From positions 51,289 to 71,288 of the forward strand of contig JBMORE010000149.1 of the NCBI GenBank assembly GCA_049322255.1: a stretch of 20,000 nucleotides of DNA, in the 5' to 3' direction. Under the pieces are notes generated by a model. The model did no database searches. It was not told where the DNA came from and saw only the letters and a list, made by a program, of their open reading frames with translations. Position numbers and translations under genes: made by a program. Positions 10,499 through 20,000 of this stretch are shown in pieces. The DNA is from Myxococcota bacterium. GTDB taxonomy: Bacteria; Myxococcota; Myxococcia; Myxococcales; Myxococcaceae. The first letter of the stretch is position 1. Each line of letters begins with the position of its first letter.

Positions 10499-11005
10499 TC
10501 ACCGGGGCACGAAGCGTCGCGCAGGGGGCCTGGGCGTGTCGGATCCTTGCCGGTCCAAATAGAAGTAGGCGGAGAGGGCGACGATGAGCACCACCAGGGC
10601 GCGGCGAATCCACGTCTCGCGGCGGCGGGAAGGAGAGCTCTCCTCCTCCCGTTCGGCCTCCTCCATGCGCTGACGGAGCATCGGTCCCACCTCGCGCAGA
10701 CGGGTCAAGGGAGCGACGAGCTCGGGCGGCGCGGGCGTGGACGTGGCGCTCCCCTCGAGGGCGAAGGCGAGACGGGCACCCAGTGCCTCCTCCTCTTCGC
10801 GAGGGAGCGGGGCAGGCGTCTGTGCGTACGCGCGCGCCGCGCGGAGGGTCATCACGTCGAGCGCCGGCAGGGTGACGCCATAGAAGCGGGCGCACGCCTC
10901 GCGGTTCATCCCCTGCACTTGGCGCAGGTAGAGCACCTGGGCGCTGCGGGGCGGCAGCGCCTGGAGGCGGAGGCGAATGCGTTCGATTTCTTCAGGCGTC
11001 GTCAT
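10499..11005 (-). CDS. Sigma-70 region 4-like HTH protein with C-terminal transmembrane helix (168 aa)
   Basis: Real C-terminal part of the 933-aa track ORF, starting MTTPEE at ATG 11005. LQALPPRSAQVLYLRQVQGMNREACARFYGVTLPALDVMTLRAARAY resembles the ECF sigma region 4.2 pattern (L..LP.R.R.VF.LR...G.S..EIA..LG.....V...L.RA). TM ALVVLIVALSAYFYL follows basic RRRETWIRR. Confidence 0.75.
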   Translation of the reverse strand: MTTPEEIERIRLRLQALPPRSAQVLYLRQVQGMNREACARFYGVTLPALDVMTLRAARAYAQTPAPLPREEEEALGARLAFALEGSATSTPAPPELVAPLTRLREVGPMLRQRMEEAEREEESSPSRRRETWIRRALVVLIVALSAYFYLDRQGSDTPRPPARRFVPR

Positions 11006-11042
11006 CTTTGATTCAAACGCCTTCCTATCATCGGTCGTTTTC

Positions 11043-11070
11043 TTGAGCGCGCCTGGTTCGTGGGTACTGT
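11043..11070 (+). promoter_or_regulatory. Putative sigma70-type promoter of the spoIID-like/queA/tgt operon
   Basis: TTGAGC(11043-11048)-16 nt-TACTGT(11065-11070), ending 7 nt before GTG 11078. Confidence 0.4.
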
Positions 11071-11077
11071 GGCGCCC

Positions 11078-12187
11078 GTGCTGCGCGTGGCGCTGCTTTG
11101 GGCGGTGGGCCTCTCCGTTCCCGCGGAAGCGGTGGAGACGATGCGCATCGCCATGGGCAGGCAGTCGCGAGCGGTGGTGCTCTTGGCGAAGGGTTTGGCG
11201 TTCGGGGCCGACGCGGAGGACACGGCTTTCAAGCCCCTGGGGGCGGGGCGGGCCACGGTGCGCCTGGAGCGGGGGCGGCTGACGCTCGACGGGGTGGCGC
11301 TGGTGGAGCGCTCGGTGCGTTTTCGCGCAGGAGCGTGGGCGCTCGATGCAGGCGTGCCGGGCGAAGAGCCGATTCGGGTAGGCGAGCATACGGTGCGGGG
11401 CGACGTGGTGGTGCAGGTGGAGCGGGGCGCGCTCCAGTTGGTGAATGTGATTGCCCTCGAAGACTACTTGGTAGGTGTCTTGGGCTCGGAGATGCCCAAG
11501 ACGTTTCCTCCCGAGGCGCTCAAGGCGCAGGCGGTGGCCGCGCGCACGTACGCCTTGCATAGAAAGCTCGAGGCGCTGGGGCAGCCCTACCATTTGGGCA
11601 GCGGGGTGCTGAGCCAGGTCTACGGAGGGCTGGCCGCGGAGGACCCACGAACGCGCGCCGCGGTGGAGGCCACGCGCGGGCAAGTGCTCACCTACGAGTT
11701 GGAGCCGGTCGAGGCCTACTTCCACGCCTCCTGCGGCGGCCGCACCGAGAGCGGCTTTTCGGCGCTCGCGCGGGACCTGCCTTACCTGCGCCCCGTGGAC
11801 TGCCCGTGCGGAAAGCTGGCGGTGAGCAAGTGGGCGCTGACGCTCCCCGCCGAAGAGCTGCGCGCGGCGCTGGGCAAAGACGAGCCACCCTCGAAGCTCG
11901 AGGTGGTGGCCCGCTCGCCGACCGGGCGTGCAAGGCGCATCGCGGTGGGGCCCGATCGGGTGGTGGATGCGGTGGCCTTCCGCGAGCGGGTGGGCTACGC
12001 GAAGGTGAAGAGCCTGGCCTTCGACGTCGACGAGTCGGAGGGAAGGTACACCCTCACTGGGCGGGGGTTTGGACACGGCGCGGGGCTGTGCCAGTGGGGC
12101 GCCAAGGCGCTCGCCGAAGCGGGTTGGGACTACGGCCGCATCCTTCGGCACTACTACGTAGCCACCGAGCTTCAGGTCCTCTATTGA
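11078..12187 (+). CDS. SpoIID/LytB-domain peptidoglycan lytic transglycosylase (369 aa, exported)
   Basis: Signal peptide MLRVALLWAVGLSVPAEA; motifs VNVIALEDYLVGVLGSEMP (probable catalytic Glu), EALKAQAVAARTYA, SQVYGG, AYFHASCGGRTE, GRGFGHGAGLCQWGA. Alternative start GTG 11060. Confidence 0.93.
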   Translation: MLRVALLWAVGLSVPAEAVETMRIAMGRQSRAVVLLAKGLAFGADAEDTAFKPLGAGRATVRLERGRLTLDGVALVERSVRFRAGAWALDAGVPGEEPIRVGEHTVRGDVVVQVERGALQLVNVIALEDYLVGVLGSEMPKTFPPEALKAQAVAARTYALHRKLEALGQPYHLGSGVLSQVYGGLAAEDPRTRAAVEATRGQVLTYELEPVEAYFHASCGGRTESGFSALARDLPYLRPVDCPCGKLAVSKWALTLPAEELRAALGKDEPPSKLEVVARSPTGRARRIAVGPDRVVDAVAFRERVGYAKVKSLAFDVDESEGRYTLTGRGFGHGAGLCQWGAKALAEAGWDYGRILRHYYVATELQVLY

Positions 12188-12193
12188 AGCTTC

Positions 12194-14710
<2,517 letters not shown>

Positions 14711-14786
14711 AGGGCAGGGGAGCTAGCACAACTTGGCGTCGTTCGGCTTGCTCCTCTACATCGCCCCTGGTAAGGGCGGTCCCCCC

Positions 14787-15116
14787 ATGGCTTCTTCCTT
14801 TCTCATTCTCGCGCAGGGCGGTGGCGGGCAGGGTTTCGGCTCGATTCTGTTCATCGGGGCGCTGTTTCTCATCATGTACTTCGTGATGATTCGCCCGCAG
14901 CAAAAGCAGCTCAAAGAGCAAAAAGCGATGCTCTCGGCGCTCAAGAAGGGCGATGACGTCGTCACCCAGGGAGGCATGTTGGGCACGGTGCACCTGGTGA
15001 CGGACAAGATCGTCACCCTGGAGGTCGCCAACAACGTGCGGGTACGCATTCTCAAGAGCTCGATTCAGGGCAAGGTGAAGGTCGAGGAGGAGCCCGCCAA
15101 GAAGGAGGAGAAGTGA
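14787..15116 (+). CDS. yajC: Preprotein translocase subunit YajC (109 aa)
   Basis: TM helix then MYFVMIRPQQK, LKKGDDVVTQGGMLGTV, LEVANNVRVRILKSSI; located between tgt and secD. Confidence 0.97.
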   Translation: MASSFLILAQGGGGQGFGSILFIGALFLIMYFVMIRPQQKQLKEQKAMLSALKKGDDVVTQGGMLGTVHLVTDKIVTLEVANNVRVRILKSSIQGKVKVEEEPAKKEEK

Positions 15117-16885
15117 TGGACCGCGGCTGGTTGGCCAAGTTGGCCCTGGTGCTCGCCATCGCGCTCGGCGCGGTGTGGTTCTTGGTGCCCAGCTACTACT
15201 CTTTCTTCGTGCTGGAGCGAAAAGACAGAAACAACCTCAAGCTGCTCGAAGAGAAGCTGCCCAAGTGGGCGCCGCCGGCGAAGTATCGCCTCTCGTTGGG
15301 GTTGGACTTGCAGGGCGGCATTCACATGGTGATGCGGGTGGACACCAAGACCGCGCTGGAGAAGCGGGCGGAGCGGCGCGCCGTTCAAATCGCCAACTAC
15401 GTGAAGGACAAGAAGCTGGGCGAGGTGACCGCGGTCAGCGACCCAGAGACGTTACGGGTGACGCTCACCGCCGCCGACCCGGCGACGATGGACGCGATCG
15501 AAAAGGACGTCCTCTCCTCTTTCGACGACTTCGACAAAGTCTCGCGTGAGGGCGGGGTGCTCACTTTGCAGCTGCAGGAGGCCCAGGTCGACCGCTTCAA
15601 GCAAGAGTCGGTAGAGCAGGCGATGCTCGTCATCCGCCGGCGCATCGACAAGTGGGGCGTCGCCGAGGTCGACGTGCGCAAGCTGGGCGCCGACTCGATT
15701 CAAATCTCGCTCCCCGGACAGCAGGACCCGGAGCAAGCCAAGGAGCTCATCGGCACCACCGCCCAGCTCGAGTTTCGGCTGGTCGACAACACCTCGACGA
15801 TGTTCCAGGACCTCTACAAAGAGAACCCGCCCGACCCCAAGAGCGGCATCCAGCTCATCAGCTCGGAGGGCTTTCCCCAGCTCGAGGGGCCGGATCGCGA
15901 GGCGCTGCTCGCTTACGTGAAGGAGAAGACGCCCGCCGACCGCCAGGTGCTCTTGCACTGCGTGGAGAGCACGGTGAAGAAGGGCGTGTGCGCCAAGTAC
16001 ACTACCTATCTGGTGGAGAAGAAGGTGCCGCTCACCGGCGAGAGCTTGACCGACGCGGTGGCCAGCCTTTCGCAGCTCAACGAGCCCGAGGTGAACGTGG
16101 CCTTCGACGCGCAGGGGGCGCGCGACTTTGGCACCCTGACCGAACAGAACGTGGGTCGGCTGATGGCGATCGTCCTCGATGACAACGTGCAGACCGCCCC
16201 GCGCATCAACGAGAAGATTCCCAACGGGCGGGCGCGCATCACCATGGGCCGCGCCGGCTCGAAGAGCTTCGACGAGTGGCTGCGTGAGGCGCAGACCTTG
16301 GCGCTGGTGCTCAAGGCGGGCGCGCTGCCGGCGCCGGTCACCACCGGGGAGATTCGCCAGGTAGGGGCGGCGTTGGGCGACGAGCTGATCAAGAAGGGGA
16401 GCCGGGCGGCGATCGTCGGCCTGGTTCTCGTCTTGCTCTTCATGGCCGCTTATTACAAAGGTGCGGGCGCCATCGCCGACGTTGCTTTGCTGCTCAACGG
16501 GGTGCTCATTCTCTCCGGGCTGGCGCTGTTCCACGCCACCTTGACGCTGCCGGGCATCGCCGGGTTCGTGCTCACTTTGGGTATCGCGGTCGACGCCAAC
16601 GTGCTCATCAACGAGCGCATTCGTGAGGAGCTGCGCCACGGGAAGACCGCCCGCACTGCGGTGGACCAGGGTTACGACCGTGCCTTTTGGACCATCTTCG
16701 ACGCCCACGTGACGACGTTGATCGCCGGGTTCATTCTCTTCTTCACCGGGACGGGGCCGGTGCGAGGGTTCGCCACCTCGCTCATCATCGGCATCATCGC
16801 CTCGCTGTTCACCGCCATCGTGGTGACCCGGCTCATCACCACCTACTTCGTGCACGGGCGCAACGCGCAGACGGTGTCGGTCTAG
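15116..16885 (+). CDS. secD: Protein translocase subunit SecD (589 aa)
   Basis: LGLDLQGG, IRRRIDKWGVAE, IGTTAQLEF, LKAGALPAP, TLTLPGIAGFVLTLGIAVDANVLINERIREE, IFDAHVTT, GTGPVRGFA. ATG overlaps the yajC stop (TGATG). Confidence 0.98.
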   Translation: MDRGWLAKLALVLAIALGAVWFLVPSYYSFFVLERKDRNNLKLLEEKLPKWAPPAKYRLSLGLDLQGGIHMVMRVDTKTALEKRAERRAVQIANYVKDKKLGEVTAVSDPETLRVTLTAADPATMDAIEKDVLSSFDDFDKVSREGGVLTLQLQEAQVDRFKQESVEQAMLVIRRRIDKWGVAEVDVRKLGADSIQISLPGQQDPEQAKELIGTTAQLEFRLVDNTSTMFQDLYKENPPDPKSGIQLISSEGFPQLEGPDREALLAYVKEKTPADRQVLLHCVESTVKKGVCAKYTTYLVEKKVPLTGESLTDAVASLSQLNEPEVNVAFDAQGARDFGTLTEQNVGRLMAIVLDDNVQTAPRINEKIPNGRARITMGRAGSKSFDEWLREAQTLALVLKAGALPAPVTTGEIRQVGAALGDELIKKGSRAAIVGLVLVLLFMAAYYKGAGAIADVALLLNGVLILSGLALFHATLTLPGIAGFVLTLGIAVDANVLINERIREELRHGKTARTAVDQGYDRAFWTIFDAHVTTLIAGFILFFTGTGPVRGFATSLIIGIIASLFTAIVVTRLITTYFVHGRNAQTVSV

Positions 16886-16887
16886 CC

Positions 16888-18042
16888 ATGCAATTCATCA
16901 AGACGACGACCCACTTCGATTTCATCGGCAAGCGGCGCCCGGCGCTGTTCATTTCCACCGTCCTCAACCTGGCGATTCTCGTCGGCATCGCCCTGTTCGG
17001 GTTCAACTTCGGGGTGGACTTCGCCGGCGGCACGCTGGTGGAGGTGAAGTTCAAGGAGCCGATCAGCGCACAACAGGTGCGCGAGCGGGCGCAGAAGGGC
17101 GGGTTGCACGACGTCACCGTGCAGGGCATCGGCTCGGCCGAAGAGAACTCTTTCCTTCTGCGGTTGGGAGGGGTGACCCAGCTCACCCGAGAGGGTGCCG
17201 CGGCCGCCGAGACGGTGGTGCGTGGGCTGGGGGAGGTGCAGTTGTTCCGCTCCGACTTGGACAACGGAATCATCAACGTTCGGACCAAGGAGCAGGTCGA
17301 CCCCCAGAAGCTGCGCGAGGCGGTGGCGGGGTCGGGCACCGGGGTGAAGGAAGTGCGCGCGCTGGGCGAGGCGCAGGGCGGGGGCTTCGACTATCAGCTC
17401 GTCTCAGCAGGCATGGCCGAGAAGGTACAAGACGCGCTCAAGGCCGGCGCGGCGAAGGCCGACTTCCAGGTACAGCGCATCGACTACGTGGGCCCGCAGG
17501 TGGGCAAGCAGCTGCGCAACAAAGGCATCATGGCGCTGGTGTACGCCATGATCGCCATCCTCATCTACGTGGCGTTTCGCTTCGAGTTCAAGTTCGGCCC
17601 CGGCGCGCTTTTGGCGATGCTCCACGACGTGGTGATGGTGTGCGGCTACTTCCTCGTCTCCCGGCGCGAGTTCAACCTGACGTCGATCGCGGTGCTGCTC
17701 ACGATCATCGGTTACTCCATCAACGACACCATCGTCATCTACGACCGCATTCGCGAGGAGATGGCTCGCTTCAAGGGTAAGCCTCTGCCCGAGATCATCA
17801 ACATCGCGGTGAACGAGACACTCTCGCGCACCATCCTCACCGGAGGGGTGACCGCGCTCTCGCTTGTGGGCCTGCTCATCTTCGGGGTGGGGGAGATTTT
17901 CGACTTCGCGATGGCGATGCTCATCGGCATCATCGTCGGCACCTACTCGTCGGTGTACATCGCCAGCCCGTTGACCATCTGGCTGGACGAGCGGGCCGCG
18001 CGGGCGGCCGAGCGCGGCGGGATGAAGGCGCGGGTGGCGTAG
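16888..18042 (+). CDS. secF: Protein translocase subunit SecF (384 aa)
   Basis: ATG 16888 (MQFIKTTTHFDFIGKR); NFGVDFAGGT, VGPQVGKQL, YVAFRFE, LHDV, LLTIIGYSINDTIVIYDRIRE, NETLSRTILT, GTYSSVYIASPL. The track start at 16687 is too far upstream. Confidence 0.98.
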   Translation: MQFIKTTTHFDFIGKRRPALFISTVLNLAILVGIALFGFNFGVDFAGGTLVEVKFKEPISAQQVRERAQKGGLHDVTVQGIGSAEENSFLLRLGGVTQLTREGAAAAETVVRGLGEVQLFRSDLDNGIINVRTKEQVDPQKLREAVAGSGTGVKEVRALGEAQGGGFDYQLVSAGMAEKVQDALKAGAAKADFQVQRIDYVGPQVGKQLRNKGIMALVYAMIAILIYVAFRFEFKFGPGALLAMLHDVVMVCGYFLVSRREFNLTSIAVLLTIIGYSINDTIVIYDRIREEMARFKGKPLPEIINIAVNETLSRTILTGGVTALSLVGLLIFGVGEIFDFAMAMLIGIIVGTYSSVYIASPLTIWLDERAARAAERGGMKARVA

Positions 18043-18043
18043 G

Positions 18044-18080
18044 CCCCCTCTCCCCCTGGGAGAGGGTTGGGGTGAGGGGC
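18044..18080. repeat. BoxC-like / REP-type intergenic palindromic element
   Basis: Hairpin CCCTCTCCC-CCT-GGGAGAGGG (18046-18066) plus tail TTGGGGTGAGGGG, filling the gap between convergent genes; matches the known CCCTCTCCC..GGGAGAGGG..GGGGTGAGGG repeat pattern. One copy in this window. Confidence 0.7.
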
Positions 18081-18083
18081 ACG

Positions 18084-18377
18084 TCAATCACCCGCCTCAT
18101 CGCCCTGGGCGGTGTCCCCTTTTTTCTCCGGAGGTTGCTTGGGCACGCCGCACGAATCGGCACATGTCTCCATCGCCATGCCGCACCCCTGCATGCAGGT
18201 CATGTCCTTTCCGCAGCGCTTCTGGCAGCTCTGGGCTGTCGACAGGCACTTCATTCCGCACGCCTGCTGCTTCTTGGTGGGCATGACCCACCCAGGGGGA
18301 GGGGCGTCATCCTCGTCGCCGGCGAAGGCCGCGGAGGCGAAGCAAAAGACGAGCAACGAAACACGCAAAGGGCTCAT
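18084..18377 (-). CDS. Small secreted Cys/Met-rich protein (97 aa)
   Basis: Signal MSPLRVSLLVFCFASAAFA-G; 8 Cys as two copies of C-x3-C-x6-C-x3-C joined by x5; acidic/Pro-rich flanks; GC3-rich codons. Confidence 0.85.
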   Translation of the reverse strand: MSPLRVSLLVFCFASAAFAGDEDDAPPPGWVMPTKKQQACGMKCLSTAQSCQKRCGKDMTCMQGCGMAMETCADSCGVPKQPPEKKGDTAQGDEAGD

Positions 18378-18501
18378 AGCTCGATGTGTCTATATCAAGC
18401 GCACGATCTCCCACTCAATCCTACCCCGCGCGTCCAGTTGACCTATGGGGGCGTCCATCGATCCGATGGGCGGATTTGCCTTTGGCCGCGACAATGGCGG
18501 C

Positions 18502-19284
18502 ATGCATCACACCCGAGAATCCGGCCAAGCAGCGGTGGAGTCGGCGCTCACGTTGCCGCTGACGGTCTTCATGGTGCTGGGCACCCTCCAGCTCTTCATG
18601 ATGATGCAGGGCCGGGTGATGGCGCAGTACGCGGCCTTTCGGGCGACGCGGGCGGGCAGCCTGAATCATGGAGACTGTGCCCGCATGAAGCACGCGGCCA
18701 TCGGCGCGCTCTTGCCCAGCTTCGTTACCTTCCTCGGGTCTGCGACCCCTGGCGCGAGCCCCGCGCAGAAGTTGGCCAACGCCTTCCGCCTACGAATGAA
18801 CAACCGGTATGCGGGAGCAGCAGACAACGATCACACCAGTAGGCCCAGCGGCGACAACGGCCCCATCGTGTGGATTTTCCGCGAGCGGCCCACGGTGGCC
18901 TACGTTCGGCTCATAGGAGGAGCCGTCGGCGAAGACACCCAGTTCGACAAGCCCATGACCCCGGCGGAGGTGGATCAGCGACGGTTGGAAGTTCGTTTGA
19001 TCTACTGGTACCCAATGCGAATTCCCTTCGCCAATTGGGTGATGACCGCGAGCTTTCTGGCGCAGTGGGGTCTGCGTGACTACACCGCTCAAAATCCGCT
19101 CATGGAAACGCAGCGCGCCAACTGGACTCGGGATTCCGTCAGTACCCCCGACCCCGCAATCGGCGCCGAGATGCTCAGTCGCTTCACCCGAGGGCAGTAC
19201 GTCGTGCCCCTCGAGGCGACATACACCATGCGCATGATGACGCCCGCCAAAGCGAGATACTTCGCGACACAGGATTGTCTATGA
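18502..19284 (+). CDS. tadE: TadE-family Flp/Tad pseudopilin (260 aa)
   Basis: Prepilin motif RESG|QAAVE (Glu +5), hydrophobic helix SALTLPLTVFMVLGTLQLF, then AQYAAFRATRAG. Start placed at ATG 18502 to give a short leader. Confidence 0.85.
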   Translation: MHHTRESGQAAVESALTLPLTVFMVLGTLQLFMMMQGRVMAQYAAFRATRAGSLNHGDCARMKHAAIGALLPSFVTFLGSATPGASPAQKLANAFRLRMNNRYAGAADNDHTSRPSGDNGPIVWIFRERPTVAYVRLIGGAVGEDTQFDKPMTPAEVDQRRLEVRLIYWYPMRIPFANWVMTASFLAQWGLRDYTAQNPLMETQRANWTRDSVSTPDPAIGAEMLSRFTRGQYVVPLEATYTMRMMTPAKARYFATQDCL

Positions 19285-20000
19285 CGGCTCGCCGAACATT
19301 CCCTCGTGGCCAGACCATGGCGCTCCTGTCGCTCACCATGCTCCTGTTGGTATTGATGGTGACTATGACGCTGGCGTTCGCCACCCGCGTCAAAGAGAAG
19401 ATGGAGCTGCAAACCGTTGCCGACGCGGCGGCCTACTCCAACGCGGTGGAGACCGCGCGCACCTACAACTCCCTGGCGACGCTGAACCGAGTGCAAATCG
19501 GCCACATGGTGGCGATGGCGGGCACGCAGAGCCTGATCAGCTGGTCTGGGTACTACAAATCGTTCCTCGCCTACGGCATCGTTGCCAACACAAGGCTGGC
19601 GGGCGCGTGGTTCAGTCGCGCCAGTTACTGCTGCTGCGCGCGCAGAGTTTTAGGTGCATGCATACCCACTTGGTGCTGTCCGCTAGCCCCCTGCTTGGTG
19701 GCCGGAGGCGCAGCGATTCTTGCCCGCGCCGCCCCTGGCACGCCCATCTGGGTGGAGTGGGAGCGCGTAGGCAACGGGTCTACGCCGCTTGGTTTCGCCT
19801 CTGCTGTGGTCGATGGGTTCGCCGGCGACGAGGTACGAAAGATCATCAACGCCGCTGAACGAATCTATACGGACGGACAACTACCCCTCTACGACCAGCT
19901 GGACACCGACCTTTCGGGCCAGCGTGTCGCGAGAGGGATCGTCACCAGCGCCAGGGCCGGCAGCGCCACTCCGGCCGAATGGCGTGATCCGCCCACTGAT
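19281..20000 (+). CDS. TadG-like (Tad domain) large pseudopilin, 5' part (240 aa visible; runs off window; absent from ORF track)
   Basis: ATG overlaps the tadE stop (ATGA). Manual translation MTARRTFPRG|QTMALLSLTMLLLVLMVTMTLAFATRVKEKMELQTVADAAAYSNAVETARTYN has the class III signal and the LQxxADAAA motif of TadG-like proteins; no stop up to 20000. Confidence 0.88.
   Translation, partial: MTARRTFPRGQTMALLSLTMLLLVLMVTMTLAFATRVKEKMELQTVADAAAYSNAVETARTYNSLATLNRVQIGHMVAMAGTQSLISWSGYYKSFLAYGIVANTRLAGAWFSRASYCCCARRVLGACIPTWCCPLAPCLVAGGAAILARAAPGTPIWVEWERVGNGSTPLGFASAVVDGFAGDEVRKIINAAERIYTDGQLPLYDQLDTDLSGQRVARGIVTSARAGSATPAEWRDPPTD

Overview
High-GC genomic window, most likely from a myxobacterium (Myxococcota); this is inferred from the PEGA-domain Ser/Thr kinase, Cys-rich lipoproteins and Tad pseudopilins. 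It opens with the 3' half of an rRNA operon (tRNA-Ala(TGC), 23S, 5S, terminator). Next are a membrane Ser/Thr kinase and two divergent KamA-family radical-SAM/PLP aminomutases, separated by a frameshifted opposite-strand lipoprotein gene. A minus-strand three-gene unit follows: a sigma-region-4-only membrane protein, an 8-Cys lipoprotein and a secreted charged helical protein. The rest is the conserved spoIID-like/queA/tgt/yajC/secD/secF cluster, interrupted by an antisense 12-Cys lipoprotein, then a BoxC-like repeat, a secreted CX3C-repeat protein and the start of a Tad pseudopilin cluster (TadE-like plus a TadG-like gene that runs off the window). Most is housekeeping. The best candidates for undescribed biology are the sigma4-TM three-gene module, the two aminomutases without known partner genes, and the small Cys-rich exported proteins. 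No database searches were run; all calls come from reading motifs.
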